Assembly: GCA_903893315.1 (NCBI GenBank) | Contig: CAITLU010000031.1 | Coordinates: forward strand, 14,402-78,401 | Length of the DNA stretch: 64,000 bases | Reading direction: 5' to 3' | DNA from: an uncultured bacterium | GTDB taxonomy: Bacteria; Desulfobacterota; Binatia; UBA1149; CAITLU01 | Part shown: one piece after another, positions 27,288-37,383 of the stretch | Layout: each line of letters opens with the position of its first letter | Numbering within the stretch: position 1 is the first letter of the stretch | The notes under the pieces: model-generated | What the model saw: the letters and a program-made list of their open reading frames with translations, nothing else | Database searches by the model: none | Told to the model about the DNA's origin: nothing | Made by a program: the position numbers and the translations under genes

Positions 27288-28537
27288 ATGTAGTCTTTCT
27301 CGAAGCGTCGGCGGGCAGCGTCATCGGTGGATCGCTGACCGGCATGATCGAATTGTTGCGCGGCCTGGATCGTAGCCGGGTGTCACCACTGGTCGTGCTC
27401 TATGAGCACAAACCTGCGGTTGCGGACCTCGTCGGCCCAGGGGTTCCGATTCGTGTGTTCGACAAACGGCGCCTCCCCAAAGAGCACGGTCTGGAGGCGA
27501 GTTCTTCATACGCGAAAGCCAAGCGCATCGGAGCCGTTTCCGCGCTGCTGCGTAACCTCCGCGAGTCGCTGACTTTTATTTTCGAGACGGTTCCGGCCGG
27601 TGTGCGTCTGGCGCGCCTTCTGCGCGAGTCTGCTCCCGACCTGGTCTACGTATGTAACGGTTTTCGCGGTAACGCCGACGCCATCGTGGCGGCGTGGCTG
27701 CTTGGTGTACCATGCGTGGTGCACTCCAAGGGCTTCGACAAGTTCAGCTTCATCGACCGCGTGCTGTCGCGCAGAGTGGCTCTTTGTATTTCGATGACGA
27801 AAGCCATCGAGGTGCACTGCCGAGAGGGCGGCATGAAGCCCGAAGCGTACGCGGTGGTGTACGATGGCCTGGATCTGTCTGCGTTCAAGCCACGGCGCGA
27901 TGCCGCCGATGTACGGCGGGAACTCGGCACGGCTCCGGATGCCGAAGTGGTCGGTGTCGTCGGCAATATCCAAGCATGGAAGGGGCAGCGTGTGCTTGTG
28001 GACGCGCTGGATCTGCTGCGCGAACGTCGTCCGCGGCTCGTGGCCTGGTTGGTCGGTGGTGTTCACCGCGGCGGACTCGCTTATTCCGAAGCTCTCCTGA
28101 CTCATTTGCGAAAGCGTGGCCTCGAAGATCGTGTGGTACTGAGCGGTCCGCGTCCGGACGTTCCCGATCTGATGGCCGCCATGGATATCGTCGTACATAC
28201 TTCGGTGCGCCGGGAACCGTTCGGCAGGGTGATCATCGAAGCGATGGCGGTGGGCAGTCCGCTCATCGCGACGCGTGCCGGTGGCGTGCCGGAACTTGTC
28301 AACGACGGGCAGGATGGCGTGCTGACTACTCCGGGCAGCGCCGGGGAACTGGCAGCGGTCATCGATCGATTGCTCGAAGATACACAGGAGAGAGAGCGCT
28401 TGGCTGCGGCGGCTCTGCATTCGGTGCAGCGCTTTCGGCTCAATCTTCACGTCGAGAGGATGTGCGCGTTGTTCGAGGGCGTCGTTGCGGGGCGCAGGGG
28501 ACGCGATCTCGTCGGTGCTATCGAGGCTGATTCGTGA
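27284..28537 (+). CDS. GT4 glycosyltransferase
   Basis: VVGNIQAWKGQ and REPFGRVIIEAMA motifs; GTGA overlap start. Confidence 0.92.
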   Translation: MNVVFLEASAGSVIGGSLTGMIELLRGLDRSRVSPLVVLYEHKPAVADLVGPGVPIRVFDKRRLPKEHGLEASSSYAKAKRIGAVSALLRNLRESLTFIFETVPAGVRLARLLRESAPDLVYVCNGFRGNADAIVAAWLLGVPCVVHSKGFDKFSFIDRVLSRRVALCISMTKAIEVHCREGGMKPEAYAVVYDGLDLSAFKPRRDAADVRRELGTAPDAEVVGVVGNIQAWKGQRVLVDALDLLRERRPRLVAWLVGGVHRGGLAYSEALLTHLRKRGLEDRVVLSGPRPDVPDLMAAMDIVVHTSVRREPFGRVIIEAMAVGSPLIATRAGGVPELVNDGQDGVLTTPGSAGELAAVIDRLLEDTQERERLAAAALHSVQRFRLNLHVERMCALFEGVVAGRRGRDLVGAIEADS

Positions 28538-29640
28538 GCGCTACGTCCACCTTCCGGTTTCACGGCGTCACGCTGCGTCTGGAGTCGCAGGTCGCGGCTT
28601 TTGCCGACTACGTCGGCTCTTCCTTGGAGCCATTTCGCGTCGACGATCAGGCCAAGGCCGACATTGTAGCCAGTCTGGAGTGGGTGGAGGGATCGCCTGC
28701 CAGCACCCTGAAGGAAGCCTTCGCTGATGCGGGCTGGAGTCACCGGCCTGATCGCGACCTCTACCTGGGCGAAGGACGCGGCTATTGGTTGCGGATCGAC
28801 GACTTCACCGATCTCCACCTTGCGATCCGTTTTGTCGACGGGCGTCTCGATTTGGTCGGGCGCTACTATTTTTCGCTGGCCAAGGGACGCGGCTGGGATC
28901 GCTTCCAGCGCTGGAGGCACAAGGGCCGCCTGGAGACTCTGCGCGCTCGCCGCTTTTCGACTCTGCTCTACTATGTCTTTTACCATCCCGTGCTGTGGCG
29001 CCTGAGCCGCTTCGACGGGCTGCACGTCCTGCACGCCGGAGCTGTCGCAACTCCAGACGGCGCCGTCGTGCTGGCCGGTATGCCGGGTTGCGGCAAGTCG
29101 ACGCTGGCAGTGGCGCTGCTCGGGCAGCCCGCGTGCCGCCTGCTTTCGGACAATCTTGTTCTGCACGACGGAGCGCGTGTGTGGGGATGTCCGGAACTGT
29201 TGCTGCTGGACGCGAACAGCCGCCGATTGGCGGGGCCGGGGGCGGATCGTCTGGTGCCGACCGGTGAACGTCGTGTTTTTTCGCGTGACGCTTACCGCGT
29301 CGCCGATCTTGAACTGCGCGCCCAGCCAGTGGCTGCCGTGTTCCACGTCGAGCGCGCCGTCGTTTCGGCGACGAGAGAGTTGAACGCATCGGAGAGCGGC
29401 GCGCGCTTGCATGCGGCCAACATCATGGCAAAGGAAGTTCGGCGTATGGCCATCATGAACGAAGTCCTCGACGCCGTTGCCGGAACCCGCAGACTCGACG
29501 AAGTCGAGTCGCCGCGCCGTCTGGCGGCGGCGACTCGCAACTACGAAGTGCGCGTCGCCGACTCGGCAAGTCTTGCCGAGTTCGCCCGTCGTGAAATTCT
29601 CGGCCGCGTTGACGGATCGGCGTTGCGGGGGGCACTTTGA
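28534..29640 (+). CDS. HPr-kinase-related P-loop kinase
   Basis: LHAGAV...VVLAGMPGCGKSTL...LLSDN signature of HprK-related proteins. Confidence 0.75.
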   Translation: MSATSTFRFHGVTLRLESQVAAFADYVGSSLEPFRVDDQAKADIVASLEWVEGSPASTLKEAFADAGWSHRPDRDLYLGEGRGYWLRIDDFTDLHLAIRFVDGRLDLVGRYYFSLAKGRGWDRFQRWRHKGRLETLRARRFSTLLYYVFYHPVLWRLSRFDGLHVLHAGAVATPDGAVVLAGMPGCGKSTLAVALLGQPACRLLSDNLVLHDGARVWGCPELLLLDANSRRLAGPGADRLVPTGERRVFSRDAYRVADLELRAQPVAAVFHVERAVVSATRELNASESGARLHAANIMAKEVRRMAIMNEVLDAVAGTRRLDEVESPRRLAAATRNYEVRVADSASLAEFARREILGRVDGSALRGAL

Positions 29641-31043
29641 GTGCAGCCAAGGCGAAGCGCCAAGGCTCTTCGCTGTACAAGCTGGTCGAGGACTTCGGCG
29701 GCACGCTAGCCACTGTTTTCTTCAAACTGGGCCTCGGTGTCTTCATCGGCATAATCACCGCGCGCACCCTGGGCCCGGCCAACCGCGGCATCTTTTCGGT
29801 GGTGACTTCTTTCCCGGCGTCGCTCACCACTCTCACCAAGCTCGGTCAGGCCCAGTCGACCATCTATTTCATCAAACGCGAGCGCGAAGACGTAGTACGT
29901 GTGGCGTCGACCGCGATGGTGTTCGGTCTGGTCGCGGGCTTGATCCTGATCATCGGCACCTACCTGCTGCGAGACCAGATCGTCGGCTCGATGCTCAAGG
30001 GAGTGCCGCTGTGGGCTCTCATGACCGTGCTGCCGATGATTCCTACCCTGCTGGTGGAGAGTTATCTGTACGGGGTGCTTCAGGCCACCGATGGTTTTCG
30101 CGTCTACAACACGCGGCTGATCGGTGAATCGATCCTGACTCTGGTCGGGATGTCCGTCGTCCTGCTGTGGTTGGGATACAGCCTGCCGGGCGCGCTTGCC
30201 GTCGCCGTCACCTTGCGTGTGGTGATGGTGTCATGGGTCCTGTGGACGGTGCAGCGCGAGCACGGCCTGCGTCTGGAATTCGACTTCCCGCTCTTCCGTC
30301 GCATGCTGCGTTACGGCGTGAAGTCGCACCTGCAGATTGTCGCCTCCCACTTCAATTTCAAGGCCGGCGTGTATCTGTGCGCGTACTATCTCACTCCGGC
30401 TGAGGTCGCCTTCTACGCGATCGGAGCGCGACTTGCCGAGCAGATGATGCAGGTTCCCCAGTCTCTGGGGCTGGCGATGTTTCCGCGGCTGGCCGGCAGC
30501 ACGGAGGAACGCATTCACTCGATGACGGCGGCGGCCTGCAGGCAGACGCTCGCGATCACCGTGGTAATGGCGGTGGTGCTGAGTTTGTTCGGCCGCTTCG
30601 CCATCGTCGGCCTTTACGGAAGCCGCTACGCAGAGGCTGCTGTTCCGTTGGTATACATAGCGTGGGGCATCGTGATGATGTCCCAGTACGTGCTGCTGTC
30701 CAGGGATTTCACCGCCCGCGATCGCCAGGTCATTAACGTGATAGCCGCTTACGTGGCGTTGTTCGGCAACGTCAGTCTCAATGTGTTCCTTATTCCGCGC
30801 CTCGGTATCCGGGGTGCGGCGATCGGGACGGCGGTTTCCTATTCTCTAGCGGCGCTGTTGCTGTACTTCTTCTTCGTCAGGGAGTCGGGGCTTCCCTGGT
30901 ACGAGTCTCTCGTCTTGCGGCGCAGTGATCTCGAGATGTGGAAGAGGGTGGGAAGCGAGGGGATGGTTCGCGTACGTGCCGCCCGGGCCAAGAGCAAGAT
31001 GGCGGGGCAGACTTCCCAGGACGTACAGGACGGACAAGAGTGA
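29637..31043 (+). CDS. wzx: Wzx-type oligosaccharide flippase
   Basis: About 12-14 TM; ARTLGP..RG, LIPRLGIRGAAIGT motifs. Confidence 0.92.
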   Translation: MSAAKAKRQGSSLYKLVEDFGGTLATVFFKLGLGVFIGIITARTLGPANRGIFSVVTSFPASLTTLTKLGQAQSTIYFIKREREDVVRVASTAMVFGLVAGLILIIGTYLLRDQIVGSMLKGVPLWALMTVLPMIPTLLVESYLYGVLQATDGFRVYNTRLIGESILTLVGMSVVLLWLGYSLPGALAVAVTLRVVMVSWVLWTVQREHGLRLEFDFPLFRRMLRYGVKSHLQIVASHFNFKAGVYLCAYYLTPAEVAFYAIGARLAEQMMQVPQSLGLAMFPRLAGSTEERIHSMTAAACRQTLAITVVMAVVLSLFGRFAIVGLYGSRYAEAAVPLVYIAWGIVMMSQYVLLSRDFTARDRQVINVIAAYVALFGNVSLNVFLIPRLGIRGAAIGTAVSYSLAALLLYFFFVRESGLPWYESLVLRRSDLEMWKRVGSEGMVRVRAARAKSKMAGQTSQDVQDGQE

Positions 31044-31208
31044 CGACAGGCTGGCGACGCCGACCCGGGTTTCGGAGTGAGTCAATTCACCGCGGGTGAA
31101 AGCGCTCAAGTCGGCGCGGGCGGTTCCGGGCTTTTCTTCGAGTTTGGCTCTTGCGGCGTGCGGTCGATGTGGCACTCTGATTCGGCAGTTGTCCCGCTGC
31201 GCCCGAGT

Positions 31209-33746
31209 ATGCAGTCGCTAATTACCTGTTTGTCGCTCTCACGCTTCGTCGATACCGCCCGCAGGGGGTTGTTTGTTTGTGTCGGTGCGCTGGCTCTGAC
31301 TCTCGCCCTGCGTGAGCGGGCTCTTGCCGTGCAGGTGAACTGCGGGACCGAAGGAGACGGGTTCGGCTGGGCCGTCGATGCCGGCGCAGATTTCGATGGC
31401 GACGGAGTGCCTGACATCGCTGTCGGCGCGCCCTGCGCGAAAGTGGGCGGACTGCTCAAGGTCGGACGCGTGCGGGTGTTTTCGGGTGCGACCCACCGGC
31501 GTCTGCTTTCGCTGAGCGGAGAAATGGCGGACCAGCAGTTCGGCTCGGCGATAGCCCTGGTGCCGGACTTGGACGGTGACGGTAAGGCCGAACTCGCTGT
31601 CGGTTCCTCCACGTTCGCGCCCAAGAAGGGCAGCGGCACGATAAATCGAGCCGGCAAGTTTGAACTTTTCTCGTCAAAGGGAGGCGTGAAGTGGACCCTG
31701 ACGGGGACCACTCATGATTCACTCATAGGCGAAGCCGTGGCAGTGGTCGCGGACATCGACGGTGACGGGAAAGCGGATCTCATGGTCGGCGGCAGCGGTG
31801 TGGATGTTGCCGGCGAGGCGCGGGGAACCGCATACATTCTTTCGGGTGTTTCGGGAGCATTGCTGGGCCGCAACGACGGTGAGCGTCAGTTCGATTACTG
31901 GGGCAGCACACTCGGGAGCATCGGTGACGTCGACGGAGACGGACACCCCGATCTCGTCGTAGCATCGAACTCGGCGGACCGGCCCTTGCCAGCACCGCTG
32001 GCCGACGTTTCAGGTGCGGATCTCAGCGACCCTTCGTTCGCCAATCCTACTTCTACGGGGACTCCCGTAACCACGACGACGTTTCCCGCCGACGTGGGGC
32101 GAGTCAAGATCATTTCCGGCTTTCCTCCTTTTGCCGAACTCGCCCGTATGGAAGGCGACGTCGACGAACGCCTTGGCCGTTCGGTGGCGGCCACTTCGGA
32201 TCTTTCAGGCGATTCACTCGACGACCTGTGGGTCGGTTCGATCGGAAGTGACGTAGGGAATCAGGCCAAGGCGGGAATTGTTGCGCTGTACACTTCGCTT
32301 GGAATTTTCGTGCGCAGTCTGGCCGAGCCCACGCCCCAGGCCGGTGCCGGCTTCGGCATGGCGGTGGTCGTTCCGGGTTCTGTAAACGGCGACGGCGTTG
32401 AAGACGTCGTCGCGTCGGCTCCGAACGGCACGGAGCCGGGCACTTCCGAGTGCGGAAGAGTGCACGCTTTCGACGGATCGAGCGGCGCGGTGTTGTGGTC
32501 ACGCAGTGGTGCTATTGCCGGCGCGCGGTTGGGACAGTCCCTGGCCGGTGGTTTCGATTACGACGGAGACGGTGTCGGTGACGTTGTGGTCGGTGCTCCC
32601 GGTGACGCACCGGCGGGTAGGCGTGGGGCGGGCTCGGCTTATGTGTTGTCGGGTGCCGACGGACAGACGCTGGCGCGTCTTGGCGGAAGACGCGGTCGCG
32701 AGACCCGGTTGTTCGTCGCCGGTCTCGGAGATTCGCGGCGGTTGTCGGTACGCAGCTTCGATCCATTCGGGCATGTCCGCGAAGCAGACATCGCGCCCTT
32801 CCGCAGCAGCAACGGCGCAGCGGCTACACTTGCGGTTTTCGATGATGCTGCCGGCGCGGCGGCCGACGCGGCTTTGCTGGCCGTGGGAACCGGTCGCGGT
32901 GGCAGCGCTCCCGAGGTCGTCGTGTACCGGGCAGGTCGTCGCAGGTCGGGAGTGCTTTCGCGCTTCCAGGCCGGGCCGGCTGGTTACAGCGGCGGGGTGA
33001 ACATCGCGGCCGGCGATCTGTCGAGCGAGGCAGGTGATGAAATCGCGGCAGCGCCGGCGGACGCCTCCGGTGCCAGCATTGACGTCGTCATTCACCGTCG
33101 CTGGGACACTGATCCTCTGGGGCGCAGCGTCTGGACCCCGGCACGAACCTTTCCTCTGTTTGCCGCGGGAGACACCGTCCTCAACCGTACTGTCGGCGCC
33201 GTCGGTGTGAATCTGGCGGCAGGAAATCTGACCGACGCACCGGGTGATGAACTGGTTGCCGGACCCATCGTTGGGCTGCCTGCGGTTCGCGTGTTCAATC
33301 GCGCGGGCACCAGGATTGGCCAGTGGCTGGCCTATCCACCGGAAGGAACCGGGTCGACGCCCAACGTCGGCACGATGGTGGCTGTGGGCGATCTCGACGG
33401 CAGCGGGTTCTCGGAGGTCGTCACCGCGCCGGCTGCGGGCCAGCCTTGGATTCGTGCCTGGACTATTGATGGCAATCCCTTTGTTATGAACGGCAAGTCA
33501 GTCAGTTTCTTCTGCAACGACTACGGCCCGAACTTCTCGGGCGGGCTTCGTCTGGTAGTGGCTGACGTCGATTTCGACGGGCAGGGCGAGATCGTGGTCG
33601 CGCCCGGTCCCGGCGTGCGCGCTCCCATCCTGGCCTTTGAGGCGGACGGCAAGCCGGTTGTGGGATGGACCGCGTTCATGCCCTTCGGGCCCGCGCTACG
33701 CTCCGGCCTTATGCTCGCAGCCAGCGATTTCTTCCTGCGTCGTTAG
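31209..33746 (+). CDS. Secreted FG-GAP (integrin-alpha-like) repeat protein
   Basis: Many D.DGDG..D/E..VGAP repeats and a signal-like hydrophobic stretch near the N-terminus. Start uncertain (31077-31209). Confidence 0.85.
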   Translation: MQSLITCLSLSRFVDTARRGLFVCVGALALTLALRERALAVQVNCGTEGDGFGWAVDAGADFDGDGVPDIAVGAPCAKVGGLLKVGRVRVFSGATHRRLLSLSGEMADQQFGSAIALVPDLDGDGKAELAVGSSTFAPKKGSGTINRAGKFELFSSKGGVKWTLTGTTHDSLIGEAVAVVADIDGDGKADLMVGGSGVDVAGEARGTAYILSGVSGALLGRNDGERQFDYWGSTLGSIGDVDGDGHPDLVVASNSADRPLPAPLADVSGADLSDPSFANPTSTGTPVTTTTFPADVGRVKIISGFPPFAELARMEGDVDERLGRSVAATSDLSGDSLDDLWVGSIGSDVGNQAKAGIVALYTSLGIFVRSLAEPTPQAGAGFGMAVVVPGSVNGDGVEDVVASAPNGTEPGTSECGRVHAFDGSSGAVLWSRSGAIAGARLGQSLAGGFDYDGDGVGDVVVGAPGDAPAGRRGAGSAYVLSGADGQTLARLGGRRGRETRLFVAGLGDSRRLSVRSFDPFGHVREADIAPFRSSNGAAATLAVFDDAAGAAADAALLAVGTGRGGSAPEVVVYRAGRRRSGVLSRFQAGPAGYSGGVNIAAGDLSSEAGDEIAAAPADASGASIDVVIHRRWDTDPLGRSVWTPARTFPLFAAGDTVLNRTVGAVGVNLAAGNLTDAPGDELVAGPIVGLPAVRVFNRAGTRIGQWLAYPPEGTGSTPNVGTMVAVGDLDGSGFSEVVTAPAAGQPWIRAWTIDGNPFVMNGKSVSFFCNDYGPNFSGGLRLVVADVDFDGQGEIVVAPGPGVRAPILAFEADGKPVVGWTAFMPFGPALRSGLMLAASDFFLRR

Positions 33747-33983
33747 CTGGATCCGGCCTGGCCGGTCGCCGCGCCGCGCCGCGACGCGGCGGTGGCAAAG
33801 CGTATCCGCTTCGCGGTGACGGTGGTGTGAGTCGCGGCGACAGGCGGCCGGGTGGCGGTTGACGGCGCTTGACCGGGAGCGACTTGGGAGGGGGCGGCGC
33901 TGGCCCTGTCGCGTCCCTCTGGTACTGTGCGCGCCTGCGTTTTTGCATGGCCCGCGGGGGCCGGCCGCTCGCGGAGATCATCG

Positions 33984-35150
33984 GTGACATTCTCGGCTGG
34001 GCGGACAACGGAGCCGCGTCGCGTCGTGTACGTGATCGCATCCATGATCACGGGCGGCAGCCAGACCCACCTTCTTCAAGTTTTTCGTTTTATCGATCGA
34101 AGCCGTTTCGCGCCGAGCCTGTTCGTTCTTCGGGACGCGGGCAATCTGCTCGACCAGGCGCGCTCGCTGGGTCTTCCCGTGCGCACGTTCGGCATGGGCG
34201 GCACCCTGCGCGATCCCCGCGATCTCAGGGGCTTGGCTCGATTGGTTGGCGCGTTGCGCGAACTTCGCCCGGAGGTGGTTCACGGCTATCTGCTGCGCGG
34301 AAACTTCTACGCGGCCGTGGCGGGGCGGCTGGCCGGGGTTCCTGCAATAGTCACCAGCAAGCGCGGCCTGCACCGGCCTGCCGGTGCCAGTGAGCGCCTG
34401 GCGGTGCGGGTTTCCAACTCACTGTCGCATGCCATTACCGGCAACTCGCCGCAGGTCCTGGAGTTCACCCGCGAGGTCGAGGGAAGAGTCTCTGCGCCGC
34501 TGGTCATGATCCCGAGCGGCATTGATGCGGTTCGTTTCGATCCGCGGGCGGTTTCGGCCCAAGCCGGTGCGCGGCTGCGCGGCGAACTCGGAGTAGGCGC
34601 TGCCCCGCTGGTCGGAACGGCGATCACCTTCCACCCGAAGAAAGGCTTCGACCTGCTCTTCGAGTCGATGGCCCTGCTCCTGAAAAGTTCTCCGGAGGCC
34701 CACCTGCTGATCGCCGGCGAGTCGCAGATGGCGCCGGAGCCGGCGGCGCTGGTGCAACGCCTGGGTTTGCAGGGACGAGTCCATCTTCTTGGCCGTCGCT
34801 CGGACATGCCCGAAGTGCTGTCGGCCCTGGATGTGTTCGTTCTTCCTTCGCAGAGCGAGGGAATGTCCAACGCCATTCTGGAAGCCATGGCGATGGAAGT
34901 GCCTGTGGTCGCCACTGCGGTGGGCGGTACCCTCGAGGTGGTCGAAGAGGGACGCAGCGGTTTTCTCGTCGACTATCCGGATGCGGCCGCGATGGCCGCG
35001 CGGGTTTCGGCGCTGCTGTGCGACCCGCAGCTTCGCGCGCGCGTCGGTACTTCGGCGCGGGAGCGCGTTCTGGCCGCGTATTCCGCTCCGGCGATGGCGC
35101 GGCAGATGGAAGATTTGTACGCGCGGCTGCTCGATGGAAAAACGCGCTGA
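33984..35150 (+). CDS. GT4 glycosyltransferase
   Basis: GGSQTHL and DVFVLPSQSEGMSNAILEAMA motifs; GTG at 33984 with GGAG SD. Confidence 0.9.
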   Translation: MTFSAGRTTEPRRVVYVIASMITGGSQTHLLQVFRFIDRSRFAPSLFVLRDAGNLLDQARSLGLPVRTFGMGGTLRDPRDLRGLARLVGALRELRPEVVHGYLLRGNFYAAVAGRLAGVPAIVTSKRGLHRPAGASERLAVRVSNSLSHAITGNSPQVLEFTREVEGRVSAPLVMIPSGIDAVRFDPRAVSAQAGARLRGELGVGAAPLVGTAITFHPKKGFDLLFESMALLLKSSPEAHLLIAGESQMAPEPAALVQRLGLQGRVHLLGRRSDMPEVLSALDVFVLPSQSEGMSNAILEAMAMEVPVVATAVGGTLEVVEEGRSGFLVDYPDAAAMAARVSALLCDPQLRARVGTSARERVLAAYSAPAMARQMEDLYARLLDGKTR

Positions 35151-35297
35151 CGACATTTTGTCGATCTCCGGTTCCGCGGCGACGTGGGCTTCGAGGAAGA
35201 GGGCGGTGTCGAAGAAAGCCGGGACCTCGGCCTGACCGGCGCACTGGCGCGGGGCCGTGATGCGAGATCGGAACGAAGAAGTGGGCAAAGAGGAAGG

Positions 35298-37382
35298 ATG
35301 AGCAGGATGACCATGAACACCGCTACTCGATCGCCGCGGACTGCGGCGCGATTCGCCTGTGACAGCATCGGCGTGTGCCGCGGCGCCGGCGCCGTGCGTT
35401 GCGCCACGGTCGTTTCGTCGATGGTGCTGGCGATATTGTTCGCCGCCGGCTGCGGCGAAGGACGTCGCGACGACGGACCGGCTCCGTCACGCAGGGTGGT
35501 GGTGCTGGGTTTCGACGGCGTCGATCCCAACCTCCTTGAGCAGTGGCGCGACAAGTTGCCGAACGTCTCCAAGTTTATGGACAGCGGCACCTTCCGCCGC
35601 CTGCAGAGCACCACGCCGCCGGCTTCGTGTACGGCATGGTCGTCGTTCACCACAGGCCTGAACCCCGGCGGCCACGGCATCTTCGACTTCATCCTGCGTG
35701 ATCCCAAGACCTATCTGCCCGACCGTACCGGCGCCGTCAGTCACGCGGCTGAGTACCGTTTCGGTCTGTTCCCGAAGACCCCTGAAACTTTCACCAGCAC
35801 GATGTCGGGCCAGGCTTTCTGGACCACCGCCGATCATGCAGGCAAACGCTCCGTGGTTCTGCGTGTACCGTGCATCTATCCTCTCGAGGAATTGCAGCAC
35901 GGCTATGAGCAGGGCGGTCTCGGACTTCCCGACATGCGCGGCAGCGAGGGCACCTTTCACTACTGGTCGAGCGATCTTTCTCCGCGCGATGCGGCCAACC
36001 CCGATCTCGGCGGCAAGGTATTGTCGCTTGCCAACGCCAAGGATGTCGAGACCGTCATCGAAGGGCCGGTCAATCCGCTGTCGCCGTCCCACGAGCGGCT
36101 TAGCATTCCTCTGAAACTGAAGGCCGCCGGCAAAGATGCGCTGACCATCGAGACGTCGGGCCGCACGGAGACGGTCGAAATGGGACGCTGGAGCGACTGG
36201 TTTCGTCTGGGGTTCAAGGTGACACCGCTGTCGACCCTTCACGGCATGGCACGTTTCAGGGTTCTGGAGGTGGAACCGAACCTGCGTCTTTACTTGTCTC
36301 CCATCAATCACGATCCCGCCGATCCGGCCATCGCGCTCACCGAACCGCCCTCGTACTCGAAGGAACTGCAACGCGCGGTCGGAGACTTCAAGACTGTCGG
36401 ATGGAACCACGAAACCTGGGGACTGAACGAAGAGCGTATCGACGAAGAAGCCTTCATGCAGGACATCTGGAACACGTTCCGCGAGACCGAAGCCATCACG
36501 ATGCACGAACTCGAGGACAAGAAGACCGAACTGCTGGTCTCGGTTTTCGTCGAGACCGACCGCACTTCGCACATGATGTACCGGCTGATGGACCCCGAGC
36601 ATCCGCGTTACGACGCGGCGCTGGCGGCCAAGTACGGCGACTCGATACAGAAGACCTATCAGCGCATGGACGAGATCATCGGCAAGGTCAGTGCGAAGCT
36701 TGGTCCCAAGGACGTGCTGCTGATTCTGAGCGACCACGGTTTCCACAGTTGGCGGCGCGGTTTCAACGTCAACTCGTGGCTCATCGAGCAAGGGTTCATG
36801 ACGCTCAAGGGCGGCGCGAAGTCGACGGAGCGCAAGTTCCTTCAGGATGTCGACTGGTCCAAGACCAAAGCCTACGCACTCGGCGTGGGCGGCATCTACA
36901 TCAACCAGCAGGGGCGTGAGGGCAAGGGGATAGTCAAGGCCGGCGATGAATCCGAACGCGTGGCCAAGGACATTGCCGCGCGGCTTCGCAAGGTCGTCGA
37001 TCCCAAGACCGGCAAGCCTGCGGTTGCCGAAGTATATCTCGCCAAGGAAACGTGGAAGGGCGCACGTCTGGCCGACGGCCAGGATCTCCAGATCGGCATG
37101 GTGCCGGGCTACCGTGTCTCGTCTGCGACGCCGCTCGGCGGCGCGCCCGAAGGTCTCTTCGAAGACAACAAGAAGAAGTGGAGCGGCGACCACGCCACGT
37201 CGCAGACCTCGGCGACCGAGGGGATCCTGCTGAGCAATCTTAAACTTGGCACGCAAGACGAAGCAGCGACTCCGTCGATCCTCGACATGGCGCCGACCAT
37301 TCTGACTCTGCTCGGGGTTGCGGTTCCGCCGGAGTACGACGGACATGCGCTCGCGTTCACCGCGGCGCCCGGAGGTGAGTAG
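35298..37382 (+). CDS. Alkaline phosphatase superfamily (type I phosphodiesterase/nucleotide pyrophosphatase-like) protein, probable lipoprotein
   Basis: VLGFDG, STTPPAS.TAWSSFTTG..PG.HGIFDF, LSDHGF, SGDH and DMAPTIL motifs; lipobox FAAGC. Start uncertain. Confidence 0.88.
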   Translation: MSRMTMNTATRSPRTAARFACDSIGVCRGAGAVRCATVVSSMVLAILFAAGCGEGRRDDGPAPSRRVVVLGFDGVDPNLLEQWRDKLPNVSKFMDSGTFRRLQSTTPPASCTAWSSFTTGLNPGGHGIFDFILRDPKTYLPDRTGAVSHAAEYRFGLFPKTPETFTSTMSGQAFWTTADHAGKRSVVLRVPCIYPLEELQHGYEQGGLGLPDMRGSEGTFHYWSSDLSPRDAANPDLGGKVLSLANAKDVETVIEGPVNPLSPSHERLSIPLKLKAAGKDALTIETSGRTETVEMGRWSDWFRLGFKVTPLSTLHGMARFRVLEVEPNLRLYLSPINHDPADPAIALTEPPSYSKELQRAVGDFKTVGWNHETWGLNEERIDEEAFMQDIWNTFRETEAITMHELEDKKTELLVSVFVETDRTSHMMYRLMDPEHPRYDAALAAKYGDSIQKTYQRMDEIIGKVSAKLGPKDVLLILSDHGFHSWRRGFNVNSWLIEQGFMTLKGGAKSTERKFLQDVDWSKTKAYALGVGGIYINQQGREGKGIVKAGDESERVAKDIAARLRKVVDPKTGKPAVAEVYLAKETWKGARLADGQDLQIGMVPGYRVSSATPLGGAPEGLFEDNKKKWSGDHATSQTSATEGILLSNLKLGTQDEAATPSILDMAPTILTLLGVAVPPEYDGHALAFTAAPGGE

Positions 37383-37383
37383 G

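Noticed and set aside
28534-29640. Lasso peptide/RiPP cluster suggested by the HprK-like kinase
   Set aside because: No asparagine-synthetase-like cyclase, PqqD/RRE, B2 protease or precursor peptide nearby.
33900-33928. Internal extended -10 promoter (TGGTACTGT) before the GT4 at 33984
   Set aside because: Plausible, but the -35 is poor and the evidence is too weak to call.
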